Source: a virus
DNA length: 64,000 bases
Direction: 5' to 3' (one strand)
Virus record (IMG/VR): IMGVR_UViG_3300042090_000199
Location: 13,745 to 77,744 of that record
The position numbers were made by a program, and so were the translations under genes. Of this stretch, positions 54,862 through 63,896 are shown piece by piece. The notes beneath the pieces were generated by a model. It did no database searches. It saw only the letters and a program-made list of their open reading frames with translations, and was not told the origin of the DNA. Each line of letters starts with the position of its first letter. Position 1 is the first letter of the stretch.

Positions 54862-56126
54862 TGGACAAAGTTGCTGACTGGGACAGTAGCGGAATCGAGT
54901 TTCGCAGTACTAACGCCCAGGAAACCAAGAAGCGAGCTCGTGCACGCGAAGTCGCTAAGCGACAGCTAGAGTTCGCACCGCTCAACACATACTTTACAGA
55001 CACTGAAGCCACGCAGGTATGCTACGGCAAACTCAGACAAGTAGCCAAGAACTTGGCAGCATCCTTCTCAGACAAAAACCTGCAGATCATATTCAGTGAA
55101 GGCATACCAGTACCTACACCGTGGGGAAAGGTATGCATGCGTACGTACAAAGAAGGTACGCAGGTCACAGGCGGCGAACTCTGGTATCAAGTAGGAGATT
55201 CCAGAAAGACCAATCGCATATACGACGTACGACCATTCTTTCTTCAGTCGCTAGAAAGAACTGCAGCGCTCTATGGAACAGACGACGCTACAGCCATTAT
55301 GAATCAAGCTCGATCGGAGCTTGCTGAAGTCGGACTTCGTGCATATCAGAACAGATGGTTCCGAAATTCCTCCATAGCAGACTTCCTGTTTCATGACATG
55401 AAGATAGACCTGAGCACAATTCCTATCGTCTCACACGGTCTAGACCCTTCACCGGAAATCGGATCGGTAGCCTGTGGATACATTCCAGGCCCAATACACG
55501 AGTACGATCTAGTCAGCGCCTATGCTTCCGTGATGCTAGAGTTCCCTCAACTAGGAGACTTCGCACAAACTCTAGATGACGCCCGTAAGGCTCTCGAAGA
55601 TAGACCGACATCACGTATCTTGAAGGTGACTCAGAGTGTCCTGCCTGGAAAGTTTCTATCGCCCAAGCTACCGACGTTCCGTCCAGATCTGGGAAGTTAC
55701 ATCCGAGGAACTACTAGATCTATCCTCGTCGACGCCATGCGTCAGGCAGTATCCCACAATGGTACAGTGTATCGGTGGAATACCGACGGATTCTTCACCA
55801 ACGTGGATATCTCGGGTGAACTGGATCAAGGAGCCGAACTGGGTCAGTGGAAACATACGGTTCACAGCTATCTACTCATTATCCAGACGAACATATTCAA
55901 GACAGACAGCAAGATTCGGGACTGCGGATTCAATATAGACTGGGATAGAGCTAGAGAAGACCCAGTGACCGTCCGAGCCACTATTCCTAATATCAACTGG
56001 ACTACACTCGAGCAAAGGCTAGTTCCCAAAGTACTTCGTTTCGATTCAGGTTATCACAACTGTAGAGACTACGGCTGTCACGACGAAGTTCACTACAAGC
56101 GGGAAGCATGGGACCAGATGTGGTAA
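54861..56126 (+). CDS. Minimal family-B DNA polymerase-like protein
   Basis: YDLVSAY (motif A), K...SVLPGKF (B), YI....R..L, WNTDG (C), LGQWK; no recognisable exonuclease. Confidence 0.7.
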   Translation: MDKVADWDSSGIEFRSTNAQETKKRARAREVAKRQLEFAPLNTYFTDTEATQVCYGKLRQVAKNLAASFSDKNLQIIFSEGIPVPTPWGKVCMRTYKEGTQVTGGELWYQVGDSRKTNRIYDVRPFFLQSLERTAALYGTDDATAIMNQARSELAEVGLRAYQNRWFRNSSIADFLFHDMKIDLSTIPIVSHGLDPSPEIGSVACGYIPGPIHEYDLVSAYASVMLEFPQLGDFAQTLDDARKALEDRPTSRILKVTQSVLPGKFLSPKLPTFRPDLGSYIRGTTRSILVDAMRQAVSHNGTVYRWNTDGFFTNVDISGELDQGAELGQWKHTVHSYLLIIQTNIFKTDSKIRDCGFNIDWDRAREDPVTVRATIPNINWTTLEQRLVPKVLRFDSGYHNCRDYGCHDEVHYKREAWDQMW

Positions 56127-56174
56127 CGATCTACAATATCTAAAAATAACAATAAAATACTATTGGAGAGACTC

Positions 56175-56204
56175 TAGCAAATTCGCTAGTACTAATGTTA
56201 AAAT
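56175..56204 (+). promoter_or_regulatory. Sigma70-type promoter
   Basis: CTC-TAGCAA-N18-TAAAAT with TG extension, in an AT-rich gap. Confidence 0.55.
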
Positions 56205-56232
56205 TATATTAAAGATTAGGGATAGCGATAGG

Positions 56233-56430
56233 ATGGACGACTACAGTGACATTCTAAAAGAGTCCGCAGCAGACGGAAAGTGGAAAACAGCTCAAAACGT
56301 CAGTCCTAATGACTTTCCAAGACTGACCAGAAGGCTACGCTACCAAGCTAGTAGCCTAAGACTGACAATCGAAATTAGAACCGATAAGCAACTACATACA
56401 GTGTCGTTCCTCACACACAACCTGAATTGA
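56233..56430 (+). CDS. Small protein, possible distant YPW-family member
   Basis: ADGKW...LRYQA...L.I. Confidence 0.5.
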   Translation: MDDYSDILKESAADGKWKTAQNVSPNDFPRLTRRLRYQASSLRLTIEIRTDKQLHTVSFLTHNLN

Positions 56431-56451
56431 AAAACAGGAAAGGGAACAGCT

Positions 56452-56799
56452 ATGGCTGACGATGAAGTCCCGGCCAAACCACACCTGCTTCGCCGAGGGT
56501 CCACCGGATGGATCTACGGTGCCGCAGGTGTCATCATATGGGACCTACTAGCAGGCGAGGAGGAACAGCTCACTAGAGCGTTCCGTCGCGGATTCAAATC
56601 CCGCAAAATTCTCGTCGGAGCATCCTGGCTATACCTGACAGGACATCTGTTCGGAGTTATTCCGGACCAGTACGACATCATCCACATCGCAGGGCATCAG
56701 TACCGAGTACACCGGGGATCCCTAGCAGCCTTCGTACTGCAGAAGCTCTCAGAACTACGAACCAACAACCGAGTCGAAGCCATGGACCAAGCACACTAA
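56452..56799 (+). CDS. Membrane protein
   Basis: GW......WD....E.L..AF, W..LT.HL...IP...D. Confidence 0.6.
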   Translation: MADDEVPAKPHLLRRGSTGWIYGAAGVIIWDLLAGEEEQLTRAFRRGFKSRKILVGASWLYLTGHLFGVIPDQYDIIHIAGHQYRVHRGSLAAFVLQKLSELRTNNRVEAMDQAH

Positions 56800-56884
56800 G
56801 CTCATGGCCGGCTCTATTTCCAATATCAAGGAGGTCGCCCTCTGGTCATGAGTGTCCCATATCCGTAAGGGCTAGGAGACATCC

Positions 56885-57442
56885 ATGAGTGTCATCGATA
56901 GAATCTTCGACAGCATTATTCACCGGCGATCAAAACGCACGGGAACAATCCGACTGGCAGCCGTCGGCGCTGTACTCGCAGCATCAGCTGTAACTTACCA
57001 CTACACCGTCCAGTCAGGAGACACACTGTCAAGTGTCGCACAGAAGACGTGCGGGAACTCAGGCAGCTGGTCTTCCATCTACAGCCAGAACCAAGCAGTC
57101 ATCGGAAGTAGCCCAAACCTGATCCTCCCAGGTCAGCATCTGACGTTCAAGTGCAGCAAAGCAACCGCCACGGCTGTACTGACTATAGAGCTGACGCACC
57201 CGATAACGCCTAGCAACGCCATGCAGGCATGTATTATCGCGCGCGAGTCTGGCGGCAACGCTCAGGTGATGAACTCGACAGGCCACTACGGTCTATACCA
57301 GTTCAGCGAATCCACCTGGATCGCCGCCGGAGGCAGCCAAGCCCTCTTCGGGAACGCTTCCGCCTCCTACCAGACCTCGATCTTCTGGGCTGCGGTCAAG
57401 CTCTGGGGCTACACTCCGTGGACCCCTTATGACGGCTGCTAA
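56885..57442 (+). CDS. Secreted LysM plus Rpf-like transglycosylase
   Basis: YTVQSGDTLS..A...W..IY..N..VIG..PNLI.PGQ.L; CI..RESGGN...YGLYQF...TW...GG...A....Q...G..PW..C. Confidence 0.88.
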   Translation: MSVIDRIFDSIIHRRSKRTGTIRLAAVGAVLAASAVTYHYTVQSGDTLSSVAQKTCGNSGSWSSIYSQNQAVIGSSPNLILPGQHLTFKCSKATATAVLTIELTHPITPSNAMQACIIARESGGNAQVMNSTGHYGLYQFSESTWIAAGGSQALFGNASASYQTSIFWAAVKLWGYTPWTPYDGC

Positions 57443-58214
57443 TAGCAGCAGGCGGAACCGTCGGCGACCGTGTCCTCACTGTCGCCGGCGGCAACGCCGC
57501 CTGCTTACAAGCGCCCTAGCCATCTTCATCACAGTCGCAAGTCTAGCCACCTGGGCAACAATCAGTCTCGGTAGTTCGCCTTCAGCGCAAGCAGAAGACA
57601 TAATCGTGCATAAGCCTAAGCTACAGGCAGTAGCTCAGGCGCCGTCCTACTCTCAACAAGAGATTCGAAACCTGCTGTCAAATGAATTCGCTCAGGCAGC
57701 TCAACCAACGATCACGCATACTCCGGCTACGCATAAGAGCAGCGCGCCGAGATATACGCCAAGACCGTCGGGATCTCCGACGTATACAGCGTCGCCAGCT
57801 CCGACTCCTACTCCAACCGTCACGCATACTTACGCACCTCCGCCGACTAGCGGGTCACTAGCTAGCAGGCTTCTAGCAGAGGCTGAAACTCAGCAGGGTA
57901 CCCCATATGTTTGGGCAGGAGCGTCTCCAGGAGGTTTCGACTGTTCAGGACTAGTTTACTGGTCCGCACTACAGATCGGAATATCCAATATGCCTAGAGA
58001 CACTTACTCAATGCTAGGACAGGGCGTATCATCAGGTCTTCTAGTTCCGACGAGCAATCCACAGCCTGGTGACCTAGCCTTCTTCGGCTCTGGTCACGTC
58101 GAGCTGTATGTCAGTCCTGGCGAGACCTTCGGAGCGCTACAACCTGGTACGGTAGTAGGCTTCCACCCTTACGGCGGCAGCTGGGCACCTACAGCGTTCT
58201 ACGCCATAACATAA
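57429..58214 (+). CDS. Secreted NlpC/P60 peptidoglycan endopeptidase
   Basis: TM/signal, Pro/Thr linker, GTPYVWAG..PGGFDCSGLV, PGDLAFF, HV. Confidence 0.9.
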   Translation: MTAANSSRRNRRRPCPHCRRRQRRLLTSALAIFITVASLATWATISLGSSPSAQAEDIIVHKPKLQAVAQAPSYSQQEIRNLLSNEFAQAAQPTITHTPATHKSSAPRYTPRPSGSPTYTASPAPTPTPTVTHTYAPPPTSGSLASRLLAEAETQQGTPYVWAGASPGGFDCSGLVYWSALQIGISNMPRDTYSMLGQGVSSGLLVPTSNPQPGDLAFFGSGHVELYVSPGETFGALQPGTVVGFHPYGGSWAPTAFYAIT

Positions 58215-58223
58215 GGCAACGAC

Positions 58224-58613
58224 ATGAGCCACCTTCAAATAGCAGGCACAGTACTCATCATATCAGCTATCCTACTAGGTCTCGGATTTCTCTTCGGGAG
58301 GTGGTTCAACGAACAAACACGTCTCGCAGAGCTCCGTGAATGGAAAGAAGAATGGGACAGCATCAAGTATACTGCAGCCCCTATTCTTCTATCAGACACT
58401 GCATATCAGCCCGACCCCTGGGCTGCTGGCGAATCGTACTATCACGAGTGGCCTAAAAGCCCTCCAGCCTCCACGCTAGAAATACCCTCTTTCACCATAA
58501 CAGATCTCAAGACTACAGGACCGCTGTATAGTCCAGAAGTCGAAACACGAGCCTACATGAATCGTCAGGACGAAGAGACGCGAGAATACCTGCGGCAACT
58601 CCGTGAACGCTGA
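58224..58613 (+). CDS. Membrane protein
   Basis: N-terminal TM helix. Confidence 0.55.
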   Translation: MSHLQIAGTVLIISAILLGLGFLFGRWFNEQTRLAELREWKEEWDSIKYTAAPILLSDTAYQPDPWAAGESYYHEWPKSPPASTLEIPSFTITDLKTTGPLYSPEVETRAYMNRQDEETREYLRQLRER

Positions 58614-58860
58614 CGATCTGATCAAGGAAATGATGGCCTTCGATAATGAAGGCTCTGAATGGATGACACCCGTTCAGTACGCGAAAGTCCGAGACGTATA
58701 TGCACCTCAAGTCTACGGATGGATGAAAAAGGGTATACTGAACTGGAAGTACTGTGACTGCGGTCGCAGAGTCATTAACATAGAAGAAGCAGACGAACTA
58801 CTACGTACTAAAGGTAAGCTACCACCGAAAGGTCCCGAGAATGGCGCACCAGAGCTTTGA
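58603..58860 (+). CDS. HTH/excisionase-like DNA-binding protein
   Basis: MTPVQYAK....PQVYGW...G......C.CGR.VI..EEAD. Confidence 0.65.
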   Translation: MNADDLIKEMMAFDNEGSEWMTPVQYAKVRDVYAPQVYGWMKKGILNWKYCDCGRRVINIEEADELLRTKGKLPPKGPENGAPEL

Positions 58861-59167
58861 AGACTGGCGAGACAGTGAAGACGGCCCTAAGCACCATGAC
58901 CTCCACGACAGCGACCTCCATAATGCATTCGATGCAGGTATGGAGCTAGGAGCTGAACGAGAGTCCCTAAACAAGCCGACTAGAATCCTACGCCTTCTAG
59001 AATACGTATACGAAGACGCTAAGACCGCCGAAGCAGACATGGCACGGTGGCAGATGCCTGCTATCGGGACTAAGCGAATAGGCTTCATGAGCATAAAATC
59101 GACTATCCTCACGGATCTCAACTTCGAGGGTCCCGAACTGGACAATACTACAACCGAAAGGTCTTAA
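58841..59167 (+). CDS. Hypothetical protein
   Basis: ORF in the operon. Confidence 0.5.
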   Translation: MAHQSFEDWRDSEDGPKHHDLHDSDLHNAFDAGMELGAERESLNKPTRILRLLEYVYEDAKTAEADMARWQMPAIGTKRIGFMSIKSTILTDLNFEGPELDNTTTERS

Positions 59168-59169
59168 GA

Positions 59170-59370
59170 ATGTCAAAGATCCCGAAGATTGATACGGCTC
59201 TCAGAGACTTCGAAGACCAGCTAGAAGCTCATCCTGACCCCGCCAAGCTCTACCAGCTCCTCGATAAGCTCCGCAGCGATATCGAAAGCGCGCTCGGCGA
59301 GTTCACCGTGGTCATCGACGGTCAATTCGTCGAAGGGCCTCTCGGCGGAAACGATCCGGAGACACAATAA
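59170..59370 (+). CDS. Hypothetical protein
   Basis: RBS GAAAGG; TAATG coupling to the next ORF. Confidence 0.55.
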   Translation: MSKIPKIDTALRDFEDQLEAHPDPAKLYQLLDKLRSDIESALGEFTVVIDGQFVEGPLGGNDPETQ

Positions 59371-59991
59371 TGCCTGACGGTGACGGAGTCAAGAGGACCT
59401 TCCGAATCGAAGTCCTCGAATACCTAGAAGGCTCGAACGAAGTCTGGATACCGCGTCTCAAGGTAAAGACTACGGCAGAATCGACTCTAGGAGCTCTCAA
59501 CGGTGCCGCAGCAGCCGAGACCGCTAAGGCACAGCGAGCTACCGGAAGCCCGCCAGGAGACTACTCTAACTCACTCAATCACAATGCATCAATCTAAAAC
59601 AGGTCTCCCGTGGGCTGACTACCTTAACGCCAAAAGTAGCCAGCACAAGAGAGGGCTACCTAAGTCGAACGGACTCCGTTGTCTACACTGTTGCGGAGTT
59701 CATCCCTATGTCGGCCCACACCAGCTAGGTTTCAGTTTCCGGTACGTAGATAACCAGCTTACAATCATCTGGATCTGTCCAATGACAGGTAATACAATTG
59801 AGGAGGTGTCTTATGTTCCGAAGATTGACGACAGCTGAGCTAGTCCGTAGACTAGTGATAGATGTGCTTCTACAGGTTATGGAGATTTTCTTCTTCCTGG
59901 AGGGTATATCGTACAGGAACTGGTTTTGGATACTAATCTTCGGACCGCTATCCGTAATATCAACTAGACATACCATAATCGACTCAGACAA

Positions 59992-60387
59992 ATGGAAGGA
60001 ACCAAGGTGAGAGGCAGAATTCCTCAGCACGGTCATAACTCATGGGATGACCTATCGCCTAGCAAGCACATGTTCATGGGTATAGGCATAATGGCCCTAA
60101 CCGGCGTAGGAGCAATCGCATTCATCGCTGCAACAGTCTGGTTCGTCCTAACCATCGGATTCCTCCAGACAGTAGTTATGTACGGTTCACTTACGTTCAT
60201 AGCTACCTTCTACCGTCTCTACACACGTCATCGCCGACACAGAATAGGTTTCAGGACCGTACATACCTGGGACACTGACGAAGCTGACGCCGCAGGATCA
60301 ACGGCGCGCGGTGGCATCCCGCACGACCCATACGGTATCATTCCGCGATCTGCCTGGACAGATCCAGGCAAGAACCGCCGAGAATAA
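59992..60387 (+). CDS. Membrane protein
   Basis: Two TM helices. Confidence 0.55.
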   Translation: MEGTKVRGRIPQHGHNSWDDLSPSKHMFMGIGIMALTGVGAIAFIAATVWFVLTIGFLQTVVMYGSLTFIATFYRLYTRHRRHRIGFRTVHTWDTDEADAAGSTARGGIPHDPYGIIPRSAWTDPGKNRRE

Positions 60388-60390
60388 CTC

Positions 60391-60723
60391 ATGAACCAAG
60401 CTAGCTGCCGACCAGGACAATTTAACGGCAATGCTAGTATGACAGACGCTGAAGTCAGGGCCGCCCGCATTATCAGAGCCGAATACGACATACCTATGGA
60501 ATGGATAGCTAAGATGTACGGGGTATCCCGATCAGCTGTCAGCTACTTTCTCCGAGGCGTAACGTACAAGGACGCGGGCGGACCGATTCAAGAAGGCCGT
60601 AGGCCTCCTGGCAGCGGTCGAGCCAACCCGAGCCATCATGCTCGCAAAGACTTGGGGAGCGGATCCCAAGAGGAAGAGAGGTCGCAATGCGACCACCGAT
60701 CCGAGTATTCGGAACGGCAATAG
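60391..60723 (+). CDS. HTH protein
   Basis: MTDAEVR.....IAKMYGVSRSAVS....G.TYK. Confidence 0.7.
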   Translation: MNQASCRPGQFNGNASMTDAEVRAARIIRAEYDIPMEWIAKMYGVSRSAVSYFLRGVTYKDAGGPIQEGRRPPGSGRANPSHHARKDLGSGSQEEERSQCDHRSEYSERQ

Positions 60724-61844
60724 GAGCTCTGGCAGCAGCAGGCGTAGGCCTAGTGCTGCTAGGAGGAGGTAATCCTGGTTCACCTCCTTCTCCAGTAACA
60801 CACCTAGCAGTCGCATCAACGTCGTCTACTTATCACCATCCGAGTACGCGCCATACACGACAGAGCGAAGGATCCTGTACGACTCCGACAACTCCGACGA
60901 CCACACCAACCGTTACAACTCCGACGACGACTACACCAACTACTACTGTTCCGTCGTCGGAAACTCCGACTACTACACCTACTACTGCACCGCCATCCAC
61001 TACGGGCTCTATCACAGGAGTCCCAGCAAGCATTAGTCCTGGAGGAGGGTTCCAGGATACTCTAGACAGTATGTCACCAAGTCAGCAAGCCAGCATCATC
61101 CAGACGATGAAGGCCGACGGCGTCAAGTGGTGGCGCATGGACGCAGGCGGAGACTCTCACGCAGGAGTCGTCAAGCAGCTCATCGCAGCAGGGATCAATG
61201 TCGAGGCTATCGTCAACGGTACCAACCCATCCGACACATCATCCAACGCTACAGCGGACGTCCAAGCGCTCTGGCCACTAGGCGTCCATGTGTACGAGAT
61301 AATCAACGAACCGAACCTGAGAGGTATCTCGGCAGCGAACTACACCGCCATCCTGAAGGCCTCATACACCACCATCAAGTCCATCGAGCCTACAGCCACG
61401 GTTCTAGTAGGAGGACTAGGGCCGGGCAACCCCGAACCGATTCCTTACCTCGAGGACATGTACGCTGACGGAGCGCAGGGATACTTCGACGGGATGAACA
61501 CTCATCCCTACAGCTTCCCAGATCTGCCTAGTCAGACGAACGACTCCTGGAACCCCTGGGCTTACCTGCCTCAGATGCACCAGATCATGGTAGACCATGG
61601 CGATGGCAACAAGCAGATCTGGCTCACCGAATTCGGAGCACCTACAGACCAGTACGGTGTCCCGTTCGAGGCGGAATCCATCACGCAAGCCTTCCAGAAG
61701 GCACGTACGTGGTCGTGGGCAGGACCGCTGTTCATCTTCTCCTGGTGGGACAATTCGTACGACGGAGGTCTGTTCGGCCTCTTCGACAGCAACGGCGTCC
61801 CGAAGACACAGGCGCTTAACGCGTTCATCGCAGCGGCTGCATAA
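60687..61844 (+). CDS. Secreted clan GH-A glycoside hydrolase (GH5/GH39-like)
   Basis: Signal/TM, Pro/Thr linker, GVKW.R, YEI.NEPN, HPY, IWLTEFG, FGL. Confidence 0.85.
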   Translation: MRPPIRVFGTAIGALAAAGVGLVLLGGGNPGSPPSPVTHLAVASTSSTYHHPSTRHTRQSEGSCTTPTTPTTTPTVTTPTTTTPTTTVPSSETPTTTPTTAPPSTTGSITGVPASISPGGGFQDTLDSMSPSQQASIIQTMKADGVKWWRMDAGGDSHAGVVKQLIAAGINVEAIVNGTNPSDTSSNATADVQALWPLGVHVYEIINEPNLRGISAANYTAILKASYTTIKSIEPTATVLVGGLGPGNPEPIPYLEDMYADGAQGYFDGMNTHPYSFPDLPSQTNDSWNPWAYLPQMHQIMVDHGDGNKQIWLTEFGAPTDQYGVPFEAESITQAFQKARTWSWAGPLFIFSWWDNSYDGGLFGLFDSNGVPKTQALNAFIAAAA

Positions 61845-61864
61845 CCAACAGTTAGACCTAACGG

Positions 61865-61944
61865 TCTAACCCTCAACGTCCTATCCGAGTCTGGAGGCCA
61901 CAAGCCTTTCTGCGACCGACTCGGATAGGGCCTTGGAGGTTAGA
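61865..61944 (+). repeat. Conserved hairpin element, copy C
   Basis: TCTAACC..CAAC-GTCCTATCCGAGTC / GACTCGGATAGGGC-CTTG..GGTTAGA; compensatory change G-C to A-T. Confidence 0.8.
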
Positions 61945-61947
61945 ACT

Positions 61948-62262
61948 ATGTCAGCAGCTACCGACCTAGTCAAAGAGGTCTACCAGGAACTAGCCGACCG
62001 TTACGGACCTTCATATCTGTGGGAGACTAAACTTCCTCCAGGTCTGCGTCTAGAGATGCACCCTAGTCTCCGACATATGCTGTGGACAGATCCTGAACTA
62101 AACGACTACACATCGTTCTCATCATTTCTCGCTCCAGGAGGACCCGAACACCAGTTTCGAGTACCCTTTAAGTACAACCTTGAACTACCAGCTAATAGCT
62201 GGAGACTAGCAATAGTAACCGAAGAGGAGCTCAAGAAGGGGGAAGTAGAGTGGGAACCATAA
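61948..62262 (+). CDS. Hypothetical protein
   Basis: RBS GGAGG lies inside hairpin C. Confidence 0.6.
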   Translation: MSAATDLVKEVYQELADRYGPSYLWETKLPPGLRLEMHPSLRHMLWTDPELNDYTSFSSFLAPGGPEHQFRVPFKYNLELPANSWRLAIVTEEELKKGEVEWEP

Positions 62263-62561
62263 ACAAAGAGCGTTACCAAATCGAACACGTCTACCTAGTT
62301 ACTTGTAAAGACTGCAAACAGGACATTGGATATTCACTTTCCGGGAAAAACCCAGTATCACGAGACGAACTCGAAGCTCTTCTTCTCGACCATGACAATT
62401 CGTTCCACCCTGTCGTAGGCAAACCAGCTAGGCGTCGCGGAGAATGCGCCAGATGCAACCGTGAATTCACACTCAATCACGACGGTTCTATGAGATACCA
62501 CTCAACAGGTTCCGGCGCTCACTGTCAAGGATCAGGACTACAACCAAGGAGTGCAGCATGA
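62250..62561 (+). CDS. Zn-finger protein
   Basis: CKDC, CARC...H....C.GSG. Confidence 0.6.
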   Translation: MGTINKERYQIEHVYLVTCKDCKQDIGYSLSGKNPVSRDELEALLLDHDNSFHPVVGKPARRRGECARCNREFTLNHDGSMRYHSTGSGAHCQGSGLQPRSAA

Positions 62562-62797
62562 AATGGCCGACTTGGCCTAAGCCTAAGCATCAACCGCCGT
62601 CCGGCTTCGAGCCTCAAGCATGCTATGGCGGACTATCTGAACACCAGATGAACCAGCTATCGGCATTCAACAGTGAAAGAAACCGTGGGATCATGCACAC
62701 ACCTGAGTATTCCGCGAGAATGGCGGCACTTCAGCGCATGTACGATACCGGAATACATATCCTGTACACACGAAGTAATGAACCGACAGCGGACTAG
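62558..62797 (+). CDS. Hypothetical protein
   Basis: RBS AAGGAG; ATGA overlap. Confidence 0.5.
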   Translation: MKWPTWPKPKHQPPSGFEPQACYGGLSEHQMNQLSAFNSERNRGIMHTPEYSARMAALQRMYDTGIHILYTRSNEPTAD

Positions 62798-63593
62798 CAC
62801 GCTTTATCCTCCGTCTACTAACTATACAAGGCCTACCAAGCGTGCCTTCTACATATGGCAGGACCGTTTTATCAACTGGGGTCCTATGTGGGCAGACAAA
62901 CACAACCGCGAAACAAGGCCTTGGCGCTGGTGCTGCACACTGTGCGAACCTCCTTCACATGGATTCCGGTGCAAAAAAGGCGCCTGGCTGGCAATTATCA
63001 CCATTACACTGCCTAGACATATGTTCGTTAGAGGACAACATCACGAACACGTAAGAAGAACACGCTAAAATGGCCAATACCGAAGAAGAAAGCCTCCGCA
63101 ATTCGAGACTCGTCTCGTGCTTCTTCTGGGACGGCTACGACTGCCACTACGAAATGCTCTTCCTAGGCTGTCAGCCTTGCGAATTCTGTCCACCCTTTGA
63201 CGAGCGAGAAGACCTAATCCACCCATTCGTAGACTAGGACGCGACAATGTACACAGACATCACCTGGAAAGACGTAGCAAAGCAGCATCCCGCGTTCGTA
63301 GCATGGATAGTTCAGAGATATGGACCTCTACCAGAAGGCCCTGTAGCCGAACTAGACTACGAACGATACAGAACGTCATACGAAAGGTCGCGTCAAGGTG
63401 CGTAGAGTCCTGTGTCTAGCTGCCCAGATCCTGCATTCGGGTGCGAACTAGAAGCCCCCAAATAGCATCGATTCCTCATCAGAAGCTCATCGGACTTCCA
63501 TCACATCGGGTCCTCATCGAAAATTCATCAACTTCCGGCACTGAGTGACCTGGGCCGCCCTGGAAGCCGTGCCTCCAGGACGACCCTCCGGGG

Positions 63594-63818
63594 TCAGGCT
63601 CGCGATGCCTCGTCGATGTGGCGGAGGCTGGCGTGGACCGTCTCAGGGTCGCGGGTCCAGTAGAACATGGTCCCGTCAGGGTTGGTGACCTTACCGCTGC
63701 CGAGCGGACCCGCCGCAAGGTGGCGGAGGTACCCGTCGCGCAGCTTCTGGATGGTCAGCGCCTTGGCGCCGGTCAACTCGCGCACTTCCGCGAGCGTTAC
63801 GGGGGTGGTGATCCTCAT
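63594..63818 (-). CDS. Hypothetical protein
   Basis: GC-rich codons; RBS GAAGGGA. Confidence 0.55.
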   Translation of the reverse strand: MRITTPVTLAEVRELTGAKALTIQKLRDGYLRHLAAGPLGSGKVTNPDGTMFYWTRDPETVHASLRHIDEASRA

Positions 63819-63863
63819 GGCTCGTTCCCTTCTTGAACGGTAACACCTAGTTACCTGCGCGAC

Positions 63864-63883
63864 GCGGGGGCCGAAGCCCCCGC
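63864..63883 (-). terminator. Hairpin with C(UUCG)G loop on the minus strand
   Basis: GCGGGGGC-TTCG-GCCCCCGC downstream of the terminal partial ORF. Confidence 0.55.
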
Positions 63884-63896
63884 CTCACGCTCCGGA

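Noticed and set aside
56800-56884. c-di-AMP (ydaO) riboswitch before the rpf-like gene
   Set aside because: Only a simple CTCATGGCC/GGTCATGAG stem is present; the gap is too short and lacks the consensus.
60875-61005. ACTCCGACG-like repeats
   Set aside because: They encode the Pro/Thr linker of the glycoside hydrolase.
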